This document shows, one piece after another, positions 47,271 to 61,500 of a DNA stretch of 64,000 nucleotides (positions are counted from its first letter, which is position 1; each line of letters starts with the position of its first letter). This DNA comes from Oikopleura dioica (lineage: Eukaryota > Animalia > Chordata): NCBI GenBank assembly GCA_907165135.1, contig OU015566.1, positions 2,294,001 through 2,358,000 of the forward strand, in the 5' to 3' direction. The position numbers were made by a program, and so were the translations under genes. Under the pieces are notes generated by a model that saw only the letters and a list, made by a program, of their open reading frames with translations, was not told the origin of the DNA and did not search any database.

Positions 47271-50200
47271 CTAGTGTTTGCGATCTTTGGCTACCGATTG
47301 GTCTTTTTCTGATTTTGAAGCAGAAGCTGGCATGGGGCTGTCTAGATCCTCGTTGAATTCTTCTTCTTCGGCTGAAGAAATGGTTAAGAATTTATCCCTG
47401 GAATTTCTACAATTTCTTTCTTACCAAAAGTGTCCAAGTTTCCACCAACATTATTAGCACCAGTATCGTATGAGTGTTTTGCTTGGTCGAATTCGAAGGA
47501 ATAGACAGAGATGGTGTCCGATTTGCCCTATTTTTGATTGTTGATTCGTGAAAAAAAAAACAATGTGAACAAGCAATGGTGGTTTTTGGTGTTTTTCATG
47601 AGTAGCTAACTACGAGCGCTTCTTTTGGAAAAACAAATCAGAGCGATTTTTTGTTGTTTGATTTGTTCCAGAACCTTCAGAAGAGCGGTTATCTGATCGG
47701 TTGAGGTAAAAAAAAGGATGAACATTCGACGTTTCTAGTGTTAGATTTTTTGACTAATAAGTTACGTTTGATCCAGAACTGGGGCCTCCGCCGCCTTTCA
47801 GCCTGTTAATCTTGAAAAATTTGATGTTAGTTTTTGAAAATTTTGAGGAAAATGCGAGCTTTGAATTTCAAGGGGGGGTAATTTTGAGGATTTACCATGC
47901 CAATCATTTTCACAGTCTTCTTGAATTTGCCGGAGGAGTTGGCGATTTGGTTGACTTTGTTGTAGAATTCGAGGAAATCGCCGGTTTTCTTTGATTTTTC
48001 GTATTGTCGAACAAGTTCCTTAAATTTACGATAAGCAATATTCTAAAAAAATCAGCAGAAAAACCTGTATTCTAGCTTCTTTTCTCGCCAAAACATCAAG
48101 TCGTTTGTTCATCACTGCCATATCCGCATTTGCCTTTGCCGACATATTCACTGACATTCGACGCAATGAGTTGGGATTAGAATAGCTATAAAACGGTGTA
48201 AAAATGTGTTTTATAAAAAATCTTCTTTGATTAAAAAACTTTAAAAAAGTTCTTTTCGAAAAATAATGCTTTTTTTGTAACATTGATTGAAAGCTAAAAA
48301 GACTGCTTTTTATTCTGTGCTCGTATTATTTTAGCCATGCGTATGTTTTTGATGTGCGCGAACGGGTTAAATATTTGATTCTGTAAAAAAGTATTCGAAA
48401 AAAGATGTTTTCGAATCCCCACTGAGACGTTTTAGCGACTCCTTCGTTTGGATTTGATGATGTCAGGGATTGCTTTTCCTTCAGTTCTCGAGTCGAAAGC
48501 TAAAAATATTTTTATGATCGATGCAAAAGAGGTTATTTTATACTTATCATATTATAGGTGGCGCCTTTTCTGAAACAGCGCCATCATTTCCAAGAATGAC
48601 TCACCTTTGGCACAGATCCATCGCCTTCCTTTTGAATCGCCATGACTGTAAAATTGATACTGTCAGTTTCAAAGATTTCAATAATCTCTTCTGTGACTTT
48701 ATCGATGCTGATCATTCTCGAGTCCTTCCAGCTGGGAGCAAGAGTGCCTGTCAAAATCTTCGTTTTGTGGTGATCCTTGGCTTCTTTTGCAAAGCTGCAT
48801 CCATATTTGACATAGAGACCGTGGTTGAAGCGGGAATTATAAACTTCGGCGTCGCGGACATCGACTTTCACGTGATAAGGTTTTCCGACGAGTTCATTTG
48901 GATCTTCATTGAAATCATCTTCGCCAAGACTTTGGCCCTTGGCATCGCAGGGGGTTAGGACGATCGTAAGATTTCCTTGCTCAAGTCCTCTGTGATCAGT
49001 GATTTGGAGCTTGTCCTCGAAATCAAGACTGTAACTCAATGACTGTAAGAAAGCACTAGAGGTTCCAACGGCGTAGTCTTCCACCTCGTCCCAGAAGGGA
49101 TCCTTATCCTTCGGGCAACTCTTCCAAGATTCATCATCATCCAAGTACTGCTGGTACATTTCCTGAATGATGTATCTTCTGTTCATGAATTTTCCTCGCT
49201 CCCAAAGCCACAAGTTTCCAGTCGCCACATCTTTCATCTGAACCATGACTTTGGTCTGATTGTCGTCCTGAGTCGCAGCGCCGAGGAGGACCAATTCAAA
49301 GTGTTTGTATTTGTTCAGTTCTTCCGAGACAGCGTTGACTTCTGAGATCATCGGGAGCAGCTCGAGAACATGCTCCTGAACTCGAGCCTGGTCAGCTGTG
49401 AGGCCTGCAGATGAGAAGCCAGAGTTTTCGGCAAGTTCTTTCTAAATAAAAAGAGTAAGAGGAGAGCAAAAACAAATAGGGAGAGGGAGCGTTGAGGGGA
49501 AAACGACAAGGAGCTGTCAAAGGTTGTTGACTAACCTGAGCAAAATCCCAGTCGATCGAGCCTTCTGGTGTTCCTTCGGAGGTTTCTGGCTTTGAGGGGT
49601 CTGAAAATTTTCATTTTTAAAAGAAGAAATGACTCGCTTTTTTCTTCAGAACTCCTGAATATTCTCCTACTTTTAATCCTACAACTGTTCAAATAGACTG
49701 TAACTTACCCGAGAACACATAAACATGATTCGATCCCAGGACGACTCTGTCCTTATTGTTGAGACAGACTTCTGACGTAATTGGAACGCCATTAATTTTG
49801 ACCTTTGCATTTGAAGCTCCGGGGGCAATTTTGAATCCATCATCTGTTTTCTTAATAACAGCGTGGAATTTTTGAACGCCAAGGCCGGTCAGGCAAATTG
49901 TCGGAACTGGATCAGCATCTTTTCGGCCAATGGTGATTTCTTCCTTGTCCAAGTAGTGGTGGATGACGCCGGAGAGCTGAGGATCTTCGTTGAGATTGGT
50001 GAGCTTGGGCTTGTTCATAGCGGCCTTTTGGGCAGCTGCCTGGGCGAGGAGCTCGACATCTTCTTTTTGCGCTGCAGCGAGTTCTGCATCGAAACCGCCC
50101 ATGCCGGAGTCGATTTGCTGAGCGTTGAGAGCCAGTTGCGCTCGGATATCCTCTTCCATCTGTCTTCGCATTTCTGCGATTTCTTCTGGCGACATTGTTC

Positions 50201-53200
50201 CAGCTCCTTCGACGGCAAGTGGCAATCCGCCGCCTTGGAGTGATTTCTTGAGCCGCTCGTTTTCTTCTTTGAGTTCTCGGATGAGCTTGTCGACTGGGTT
50301 TTCGTTGACGACGGCTTTGTTCTTGATGTTTTTCGCTCGATCGGCGTAGCGAAGAGTGGACAAGGTTTCGTCGTAGTTGATGTCGGCTGGGGAAAGAGCG
50401 GCGATCATGATGGTCTTGGAGTTTCCACCAAGAGCGTTTTTGAGGAGCTTGGTGAGGACAGAATCTCGGTATGGAATGTTGACTTTCTTCTTTGTTCCCA
50501 TCGAGATATCGGCAAGGGCTTTGATGACATTACCAAGCGCCGACAGCGACTTGTTAATGTTGGCACCTTCTTTGAGTCGATCACCAGTAGCTCCAGTCGA
50601 ATCAGCTCTTTCGGAACCAGCCAAATCGACCAAGTTCATGACAGAAGTCTTTTTCGAGGATAAAGGCAGTGCGAATCAGAGCAGATCTTTGTGATTGTTT
50701 ATGCACGTCAATTGACATAAGTTACGATTGTTGTGTAACGAGCTTCCTGCAAAAATGAATCGATAGAATTGTTTGTGCGTAAATAGCACATTCAAGTAGT
50801 TTTGTCTCAAAAATGTCCGATGCGGTCGAATATCAAAGATGGAAGGGGCAGATTCTTTTAGGAATTCGAGCAAACATGATCTATAATCGGAATCTTTTGG
50901 TAATCATTTTATTTTTCAAATGTTAAGCTGCCCATGCGCAAATATATAAGATAAAGTGACATTTTATAAAGGAGTTATTCGACAATTTCTTCTGTAGAGT
51001 GAACAGCAAAATTTATATTTCTTGTTGAAAGCCAACCCTTGCAAACCATATCGATCAATGTATAGAAAATGTGTGGGCTTCATTTTAATAAAATTTTTCT
51101 GTTCATTTTCTTTCTTGAAAAAAGTAAATTTCATAATCTTTAGGGGAAATCACTAATAATTCTATTTTTTTCTGGGCTTAGTAGGGTGGGCATATAATAC
51201 ATATTTAGAAAGCCCAAGAGCTGGAGATCATTTTCACTATTGATAGTAGGGGGTGATTTCGTACCCTGAGGGCATTTAGGTACCTCTGAAGTCCCGAAAT
51301 CTGGCCAATTTCAGAAATGGGACTTTTTGAAGCCCTAACTAAGCCTTTGAAGGGCTGCCTACTACCCTAGATTGTAGTCCAGGCTCTGGCGGTCATTTTG
51401 AGCCCAAGAAAACCTGGGAGGGGGGTGGGTCTGGGTGGAGCTAGAGGCTCTTGAAATTTCCCCTAATAATCTTTTATGCTAGAAAAACAGCTGTTTGCAT
51501 GTCTGCGATTGAATATAAAGATTATTTTGCTATCAGGTGATGCATATCAGCTGTGCATAATTTTTTTCACACAAGAGAAGTAAGAGAATAAAGAGAAATA
51601 TTCGGACGAATTCTCTTGAAAAAATATATTTGAGCAAACATGCTAATTTTTATCCTTTCCTTTGCCATTTCTTTCCCATCTTGCATCTTCTTCTGCACAA
51701 ACTCGATCGTCACGACTGTATGAGCTCTAGAACTGGTAGCATTCATCTGCGTCGAAGCAACAGTCCTGTTATTGTTTCCTTCTTCAATTCGTCTTTCAAT
51801 TTCTGCATAACTTCCGACGGCGACCTTTTTCAAATCACCAACGTAGAAGAGCCCCAATTTTGGATTCTCACGGACAGGAAGACCTCCCTTGGGATTGGTC
51901 TTGTTCAGAAGATCGCGGACTTGTTCGTTGTAAATTTCAAGCATGGAGAATTTGACTTCGAATTTTGTGTCGTCAGTGTTGGTCTCGATCTTTTTGAACA
52001 ACTCATCGCAAGTGATAGGGACAATTCCTAACAAATGGGTTTGATTTTTTGGTTTAATTTTTAAGTTAAATTACGTAAAATTAAATAAAATCTTGACTTG
52101 CTGCCCATTTTCCTTTGTTTGATCCGTATCCGATCATAGAATACGATTTCCCGGAGCCAGTCTGCCCATAAGCAAACAACGACGTATTGTATCCTTCGTA
52201 AGCATTGTTCAAGACGCCCATGCCAAGATCCTCAAAAACGACTCGTTGCGAAGAATAGGTGGAGCCAGGATTGGGATTAAGGTAGCCATTGTCGTCCTCA
52301 AAGAAGCCTTCGTGGGACCAGTAGGAGAAATCGAAGGCGAAGTCCTTTACTTGTCCATCGGCGGGGTTGGTGATCGAGGTCTGCTTTCCATTCATTCTGA
52401 TGATGAGCTTTGCTTTTCGCTCTTTTTCTCGGCTGTTGAAGGGGCGGCATCGCACCGCCACTTTCACGCTAGAAAATTGTTTTGAATCAGCTGACAAAAG
52501 GAAAGCCAAAATTTTTGAAGCACAAAATTCATTCAAAGAATTGAAATTAATAAAATAAATCACGAAAAATGACGAAAATGAAGCGGGTAATAATTCTGTT
52601 GCCAGGGCTCAACAGTAATTTCGAGAACATGCTTAAGAATTTACGACACGAGCTATTTGACATCAGTAGGGTCAAGGAGTACGCACCGGCCCCGCGACTG
52701 TAAATCTTTTTTTGATGACTTCCGCAAAAACCATGCGAAAATTCAAAAATTGAAAATTCAGCGATACACGCAAGGAAAAAAAAGTCAGGGAATAAGGGAG
52801 CGAAGTTTATCGAGTAATTTGGCTGTAACGAAAATGTCATGACGACGATAGCTACAACGAAAATCGAAAAGATACTGCTGAGAATCCTCGGCAAATATCA
52901 TTATCTTTACGGCTTATCGCTTGCGCAAGAATTTATTTCTTCCCGAAAAAGCAAGCTTTTAAAAAATGGATATTTTAACCAAATTTTCATTCCAAACATC
53001 TCTTTCTGAAAAAAACTAAGAATAATTCAATTTTGAGCAAAAACTGTTCAAATAATCCAATTTTTCGATTAAAAATATCAAAAATACTTTAAATTAATTA
53101 TTTTTCTGGAATTTTATAATCAGAAAAACAAGAAAAAGACAAATTTGGACAAAAAAATTTCGATTGAAAGTTGTTTTTTGACCAAAAAAACTTCTAAAAT

Positions 53201-53227
53201 CTCTCCAACTTACGATTCACCGGACAT
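47271..53227 (-). CDS. Kinesin-3 family motor, KIF28/KLP-6-like (motor, FHA, C-terminal domains)
   Basis: MSGES|[41 protein letters not shown] region [12 protein letters not shown]...TIGR. The 3' exons are approximate. Confidence 0.9.
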
Positions 53228-54477
53228 GATTCTCCCACTCTCTCAAAAATTCTTTCAGAAAAAAAAGCTGCTCAAAAATCCGCGTCTCTCAAGAAGCTGT
53301 CTCGACCGAACCGAGTTCTGAGTTTGACTGTCTCCCTTCGTTACACAGTCAGCCACATCTTTTTTTCGTCGTTAAATTTGCTCAACCAAATGGCCAAAAC
53401 TCTGTTTGTCTGCGTTTCTATGGGAGAGCGAAGAATAGTACGCGCTACTTTCTTTATTCTTTATTTCAACTCAGAAATTAAATGGAAACGAGCATTTTTC
53501 GCCGAGGAGCGGCCAGAATGTTCTTTTCTTTTTTCCATATCTTTTGTCTCAAAAATGACGCTCTGACAAATATGGGTAGTGAAAGGTTAGGGTTAAGGTT
53601 CGGGTCATCATCAGAATTGTCTTACTCAAAAAACATATTTTTTGAGAAACTCAAGTGACACCCTTATTCTCTGTTGGTCCTTTCTCCTTAGTGGTCAAGG
53701 AATATTTCTAGTGCTTCTTTTTGATTTTAAAATTGAGCTGAACTTACATATCTTTTCTAGATCTTGTCGAAAAGAACTTCATTCTTGGCAAAAATCTCTG
53801 TCTGAAATCAAGTTTTCTTGCAAACTTATGAACTAAAGGATTGAGAATGTCTTCAGAACCGCCAGCTTCAACAAATAAAATCTTAAATTTTCAGCCAAAA
53901 ACAAATCTCAGCTGGCCCTTCATCTGCCCGATACAGTTCAGATAAAATGTGCATGTAAGCAGTTTTTGGTCGATTTTGGCGCCTTTTGTCTGACAGACAA
54001 GAAATTCAGAATTGAGTTCTTACTCAGAGAAAATACCTATTCATCCTCCTAATTACAATTAATTTATTAAATTTATAAAATTTTTTTAAATACAGTTGCT
54101 TATGTATAGTAGAGGAGTGTCAGAATATGATTGAACTTCTGTTATGGATACAGTGGGCTTGTAAATCGCCAGTGGAATTTGAAGAGCATGAAAATAACTA
54201 AGCGGCACTAATCTAACCATCAAAATGCAGTAAATTTACGTACCGCTAAAACAAACGAAAATCGCCCGCAAAAGAAATTGATCAATAATTTATTGACAAT
54301 AAATAGTTTTCTAGCATTTTGTGATAAAAAAACTAATTTTCAATATATTTACAGGAAATTTTCAGGTTCTTTCCTTAGGCATTGAAAAATGCAGAACTCC
54401 ACCCTCGAAGTGTCAATATTGACAGGTCCGTCGAAGCACTTTTTCTCAATAAAAAAGAATATGGCGCATTTTCAGAC

Positions 54478-55471
54478 ATGGCCAATTTTGAGTATGATTC
54501 AAAGAGACTTGATCAAAACGTTACCAGAGGACGGTTTAAAGACGAAGTAGCAATCGTCTGCGGCGGAGCAAGTGGGATTGGAAGAGCCACGGTAAAAAGG
54601 TTTTTGAATGATGGGGCCAAAGTGGCAGTTTTTGACTTGAATGGTGACAATGACTTTGGAGATGAAAATGTGAAAGTTTACCAGATTGACTGCAGGTACC
54701 CTAGATACCGATTTCGGTCGATAATCAGCTTTTCGTTCAAGTAAAAAAGAAGATTGTGAGACCTCAGTATCATCAGTCATCTCGGACTTCGGAAAAATCA
54801 ACCACTTGGTCTATTCCGTCGCGTATTTTGGCTCAAAAGCTCTCGACGCAACAGAAGAAGATTGGTCAAAATCGCTGATGATCAATGTCGCCGGCGCCGG
54901 GTTCATGATTTCAGCCGTCACTCCTCATTTAGAAAAAGCGGAGGAGAGGAGAAGATCTGTTTGTCTTCTGACGTCGATTTCTTCGACTCAAGCGCAATGG
55001 CACAGGTGGACTTATGGCGCGACAAAGGGGGCTTTGTGGAGCTTGGTTCGGCATGCGACCTTGGAACTAGGAGAAAAGGGGATAAGGGTCAATTCTGTCA
55101 GGAAAAGGGTTCACCAGATGTTTAACGAAATAAAAGTAAAAGACAGTCATTTGATGAACTTTCAAAAAGTCCGTCGTGGATTTGGACTCCTGAAGTGGCA
55201 AAAGCCTATCCTGAAAAATCCGAAATCAACTCTCCATCTGGCCCTGGCCAACTTTACCATTCCCTCGGCCGAGTCGGGGAGGTGGATGAAGTTGCTGCTG
55301 CGATTTGCTTTTTAGCTTCGAGAGATGCTGGTATTGTCAAAAAAATCAGGCTTTTTTTAATTATTCTTAGGGTTTATTCATGGCCACGATTTACAAGTTG
55401 GCGGTGGGTACCACGCAATGGGCCCTGAAGGATGCCAACCTGCCAAATTTGCTGGCTCCACTGATTCTTAA
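54478..55471 (+). CDS. Classical short-chain dehydrogenase/reductase
   Basis: CGGASGIG (GxxxGxG), YGATK (YxxxK), GIRVNSV|SP, LGRVGEVDEVA, QVGGGYHAMGPE. Confidence 0.9.
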
Positions 55472-55596
55472 AATTTTGAATAAAAAGATTAGACAAAGGA
55501 TCAAACAAATGCTAAATTATTTATGTTGATTATTATCAGATTGACAAGTGACGAGTATTAAAGCTGGAGAAAATGAGCATCCGCGAAATCTTGAAA

Positions 55597-58500
55597 ATGA
55601 GATTTCTCGCTATTATTTTTTGTTTTTTGATGATCGAAGAGGTGGGGGCAAGTTATGGTCGAAATCTGAAACGGTTTGTGAAATCATGGAGGAGTATTTT
55701 TTGATTTATTAAGGGCGAGTGCGAGTAAGTTTTTGAAAGCTTATCTTGAGAGAAAATTCAATGACGGAACCTTTTTTGACAATCGGGGAAAGATTCGCCA
55801 GCAAAGCCACTATTTTCTTGGTAGAAGAGGTTGAAGATTTGACCAATTTTAACTGAAAATAAATTCATAAAAATGACCTTTCATGTGTTGGAAATTTTAT
55901 ATTTTGGTCAGGTCAGAGCATGTTTGTGTGTTCTCCTTCTCTTTGAAACTCGCCTTTTTTCTCGAGTGCTTTTGTTCCCTCAGCTCTTTGCAAAAAGCTT
56001 TTCTCAGCTGCAGCGTTTTTGAAAATATGCGATAATGAAATTAGGCCTTTTTAATTTATTTTTCTTTATTGAGATTCGAGCTCAGAGTTCAAACAGAAAA
56101 TGGAGGTGTCCGTCGGGAAGATCAAGGAAAAGATAATTACTACCCAAAAAGTAAGATTTCAGAAAAAAATAGTAGCATTTAAAATTAACAGAACCAATCC
56201 ATTGTCCTTGATTGAATCTTCATACAGTACTCATACTGTATGCTGCAGAAGTAATCCAGTGGAGAATCCTCAGATTATTAATCTTGTAATGCGGGAAGAC
56301 CTCCCTGTATCGGAGATAATTTCTTTTGCTCCTGCTATAGAAGTTGAGGAGCCACCAGATCTGCTCTCAGTGAGATCCGCTAGTAATCCAAGAGCAAATA
56401 TTTCAATCGACGATGCCTTTTTCGTATCCGGAATTCAAGGGCTGGACATTTGCTCTGAAAATTTCATCTGCGCTGGGGACTTTTTTCGACCTCTATCGTC
56501 TGAGCTACCAGATTTGCCAGCACTCGAAAGTTTCCGTCTCTTATCACAAATCAATTTGAAAGAAATGGGCGGTGGACAGTTCCGATTTGGATTCAATTGC
56601 AATTTTGAGTCTATTCAAGAGGAGTATCAAGTCGAGCTGACAATTCTAGAGACAGATTCAAGCCCATGGCAGAATAAACCAATCATAACTGGAACAAACG
56701 AAACGAGAATTTATGAAGGGCAAAGAGGAGACATCGCCGTGGTCAAAATCGACTCCTATGATTTCTTAAAAGAAAGTATGATTCTTGATCTTCGAACGAT
56801 CCCTGAAGATGTTAGAAATTTTATAGACGTCGATCTTCAGCCAAATTTCCTTCTTCCATATGCTCGACCCGGGGCGGTTAAATTCAGTCAAAATGCCAGA
56901 ATCACTGTCAATTCTCCGCTTAACCCGAATGATTTTGGCGGGCAATTTGAAATCGTTCTTCAAGCAAAAAGTTGGATTGATAACGAAACTTTTGGAATCT
57001 GGTCGGACAATTTTACGATGACGGTCGTTGTCGAAGACCTTGACAACTTGCCACCGGTGTTTTTGGACGAAAGAAATCAAGTCGATATTTCTGTAGGAGA
57101 ATTTGATGAGAGTTTTGTGCTTTTTAATGCTTCAGCGATCGATGGAGATCGAGAAATTGACACGCCAATCAATGTGACGATCTTAGAAGGACCGTTGAAG
57201 GATCTGCTCATTTTGGAAAACAATCAAATTCGGCTGAGAGAAGAAATCACCGACTCAGACCTTCTTCGATTACCGGAATTTTCAATCCTACAACTCGAAG
57301 CTCAGCAACTCGACAATCCAGAAAAGAAAACAACGAAGACTCTTCTAATCAAAATTTCCAAAAACTTCGAGTCCCAATTAACATCAGATGAATGCTCCTG
57401 CGAAACAGTCGAAAACTCGTCGTTCTCTTCCTTGATTTCTCCGGTGCAAAACCAGCGTTTTCTCTGCTCACTTTTCTTTGAAGAAGCATATGTTTTTTCC
57501 GTGGAGAGATTTTGCAGCGATTTTAAAGAAGAACTAACGAATCTAGAAAAAGCTCTGATTGCATGTCTTTGCTTATTGATTCCTTTGTCGATGATAAGTC
57601 TTATTCAAAAAATCGCACCGAAAATGAAAAACTGCAAAAATGATGCTTCAAAGAAAATCGAAGAACATGAACAAATCGAGGTGAAGGATTTTCCTGAACT
57701 CAAAGAAAAACCAGCAAAAGTTCATGCAAACGTGGAAAAAAGGAAGAGTATGAATCCATTGGTCGATTCAGGAACTTGGCTTTTGATTTTGGCTTGGCCC
57801 TCTTGCGGATGTAGGTCGGGCCATTATGCTTTTACCCCGATTTTACATATCAACAGAAATTCTGTCATTATGATTTCATATACAGTTTTTTATGGAATTT
57901 CTGGACATCAAATTTCTGGACATTTTTCGGATTTTAAGGGGTTTTCTGGGGACAAATTCAAAGAGAGGGGGTATCAAATTTCTGGACATTTTTTCTCAGC
58001 AGATATCTTCCACATCTTAATTTATGATCAAACTTGAGTTATTGATGCCAATTTCATCTATAAAGAGCTGTGTTTATTTGAAACTCTTATAATATGATAA
58101 AATAGGCGGCTACAGCGCGTTTCTTTTAATGTTTTTCAGTTATTTATTTGAAAAAAATCGTAAATTTTTCTTTCTCGAAAAATTTATAAGCAATTTTGTT
58201 GGGACATTTTTCTCAAGGCTCTGTATCAAATTTCTGGACATTTTCGGGAAAAATGGGGGACAAAAAATGTCCAGAAATTCCATAATTAACTGTATCATCA
58301 AAAAGTAGGCATTTATATTAGAATACAAAGCCAAAAAAAAAAGACCGAACTCATCACAAAATCAATTCCTCCACAATCCTTTACGGTCAAATCATCAAGT
58401 CCGGTTCAATCAAATCTATTCAAAAAGTCGCGCTCGCAGGCGAAACCTCATTTGGCGATGATATTGGCCCTTCATTTGACAAAATCGTGAAGAAGTCGAA

Positions 58501-61500
58501 AATTGAAAAACTCCTTGGTCAAGAATGTATTCATTTGTCCGCGTTTATCAATTTGCTCAATTTGAAGAACCTTACTCACGAGAATATTTTAAAATATCAC
58601 GGCTCATTTTTGGAAAACAACGAAAACGGCGATGATTTTTCAGTAGGAATTGTTTGGGATTTAGCTGATCAGGGCTCGCTGGAAGAACTGTTTTCATTTT
58701 ATCGACAGGCAAAGGTTTCCTGAAGGCTATTTTTCATCCCATCATTCTAGAATCACTGGAAACGATTGACGGACTTGACCGAAGCTCGATTTCAAAACTG
58801 GATCAGAAATATTATTGCAGCTCTTCAGGCCTGGGCTCAAAAACCTATTATAAAGCGACCCTGACTCAGGTTTTTACTCGAGTTATCGAGCCCGGCTTAA
58901 GGTATGTTTTCAAAAGACTCAATATTTTTGACGAAGAAATAAGTATTTTCACGAAAACGACGTGATACTCGGCCGATTATCCTGCAAAAACATACTCATT
59001 GATGCGAATATGAATGCGAAAATCGAAATTTTACCGTCAACGAGCATGGGAGACTTGCACGAAGTTCGGTGGTGGTCGATTGAGCGATTTGAAGGGCAAT
59101 TGAGCTCGTTTAGGAATCGGGAGTTTATTTATTTCGTTTTTTTTAGTAGAATAATTCATGGTAGAATTCAGTTGAGAGTTTTATGACTATGATAGGCTCA
59201 AAATCGATATTTTCAAGCAACAGGCAGTCGCTCAGAGCATTCTAGAGCTGTGAGAAATCGATTGAAAATCTTTTTGGATCGTCTGATATCAGACTTGATG
59301 TTTCTATTTCTTCGTTTTGCCATTCTGTCGGCTTCGATTTTATCCAGGCAGACATGATGATCGTAAAATTCCATTGTCGAGTTAATCAAAGACGCGAAGC
59401 TTCGACAAATGTCTTCATCGTCGATATTAGGCGATCTCAATTTTTTCGTTCCAAAAAGAGCAACTGTCTTATTTTTGCAGATCTCACTCGAGTGATCGTA
59501 GAACCAGGAAAATTTGTCCGCAACTCGATTAAATTGTTTGATCTTTAGTTTTTGATTCTTGACACTGTTTTCTTCAATAAAATTGCCGAGTTTTGAGAAC
59601 GCCTCGATCAGACGATTGCTTGGTGAGTCTTCCATCGCGACTAAGCGTTCGACTTTTATATCAGAAATTTCAGTTTCGAGAACTTCAACGCCAGGTCCAA
59701 TGTTGAGATTTTCGATGAAATTTTGGATTTCTTTGTTTGTTTGAGCGAGAACTTTTCTTTCGTCTTCTTCATTTTGAGTACTTGACAAGGAGTCGGATGA
59801 TCTTCTTGATAATTTCAAAAAAATTTTTGCGGGTCCGGAAATCATAAAAAATCTGAAAGTGCAGTTTTCTTGAGCTCGTCGAGACGAGTCGAATGATGGG
59901 TCAAACTTTTGATGACTCCAATGATTAACCGGTTAGCCGGCAATTTCCCGGAAAATACATTTCCGGTCGCCGTTTTTGTTCTAGAAATGCTAGAATGACA
60001 AAAAAAGAGGGAAACTGGTCCTTGAAGTTAGTTCTTCTGTGGGTGAAAAAATGAGAATCATATCTCTAACCATAAGATGCTTATCACCAAAATTCTATTT
60101 TTTTATGAAAATGGGACCGAAAATTAGGAAGGTGCAGCAACAACGAAATACATACAAAATTTAGAATTTTTATCGTTAAAAAAAGTTTCGCTATATATTT
60201 GACCAATATCTTTTTGCCCACAGTAGAACTGACCATAAGGATCAGTTTCCGGGTTCATTCATCATCCTAGCATTTCTAGAACAAAAACGGCGAGCGGAAA
60301 CGTATTTTCCGGTAACAAGCCGGTTAACCGGTCAATCCTTGGAGTTATCAAGAGTTTGACCCACCATTCGACTCGTCTCAACAAGCTGAAGAAAACTGCA
60401 CTTTCAGAATTTTTACGATTTTCAGACCCGCAAAAATTTTTTTGAAATTATCCTTGTTGGCTCCAGATACTTTCGAGTATAGATTGTCGACACGAACTTG
60501 TACCAAATTTTATGCGGTTTATTCTTTCGATCTGTCACGTGATTGACAGTCCATTTCTTCGTTATTCTCCATCCATCTGCATATTGAGCAGTATTCTTAA
60601 CAAAAATGGATAGGAACTCTCATAAGGGTTTTCAGATTGTCTTACCCAATCGATGAAATGACCATTTTTCTCTCTCAAAAAGTCAATATACTCATTTGCT
60701 TCATCAATACCACCAAATCTGCAGAAAATTTTCGCAACAGTTCCGTAGTCCTTCCAGAGAATATTCGACGGTTCAGAGCAATCTTGTCCATTGATTGCTA
60801 AAAACAAAGTTGATTCCTTTTTGATTCTTTTGAAAATATTTCTGACCGTAGCTTTCATCGTTTCTGTCTTCCATGATGCTTCCACGAAGCTGGCAAGAAT
60901 GGTCCTCCTCTATTTTGAATTTGAAGCAGCCAGGAGTATCGCGACAACTTGCGGCGCATCGCTTCTGAAAATCAGGAAGATCAACTCCGGTTTGTTTTTC
61001 AAAAGACTTTGAATAAATGGAGTCTGGAGTTAATTTGTCTTGAGATCCGATGTTCCAAGCTTTCATCAGAACTGACTCATCATCTTCAGAGGGGGACAAA
61101 TAATTTCGCATCAAAAGTTAATTTCAAAATCATTTTCAAGCACTGAAGCTTGAAAAAAACTTTTGATTCACGAAATTTTTTGTCACCCTCTTTATACGGC
61201 CAAATACAAATAGGCTCATGATCAGAGATCCGGCAATATTCGTCAGCTTTTTCTGAAAAATTTTGAAAAAAAATTATTTATGCGTTTTATACTTGAGGTC
61301 ACTCTCAATTGAAAGCCTTCATTCGTTTGCCCAAAGACGTCGCTTTCGAAAATAATCTTTATCTTGGTCCCTCGGACATAGACCCGACGATCAAAAGTCT
61401 CAATTGTTCCATGCTCGAGTTTTTGATTGCAGTAAATTTCATTGAACGATTGATCTTCGTTCGTTATGACGAGTTTGTCAAAATAACATTTTTTATGACC

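Noticed and set aside
50649-51659. 1-kb GA-AG kinesin intron as a second transposon-derived intron
   Set aside because: It has AAG at both junctions but no matching terminal inverted repeats.
57762-58037. C-terminal ~90 aa of the 645-aa ORF 56100-58037
   Set aside because: Runs into an intron and the MITE at 57883, so it is read-through rather than real coding sequence.
59808-59845. Apparent start MISGPAKIFLKLS of ORF 59213-59845
   Set aside because: Encoded by the transposon TIR. The real upstream sequence comes from the exon at 60453-60595.
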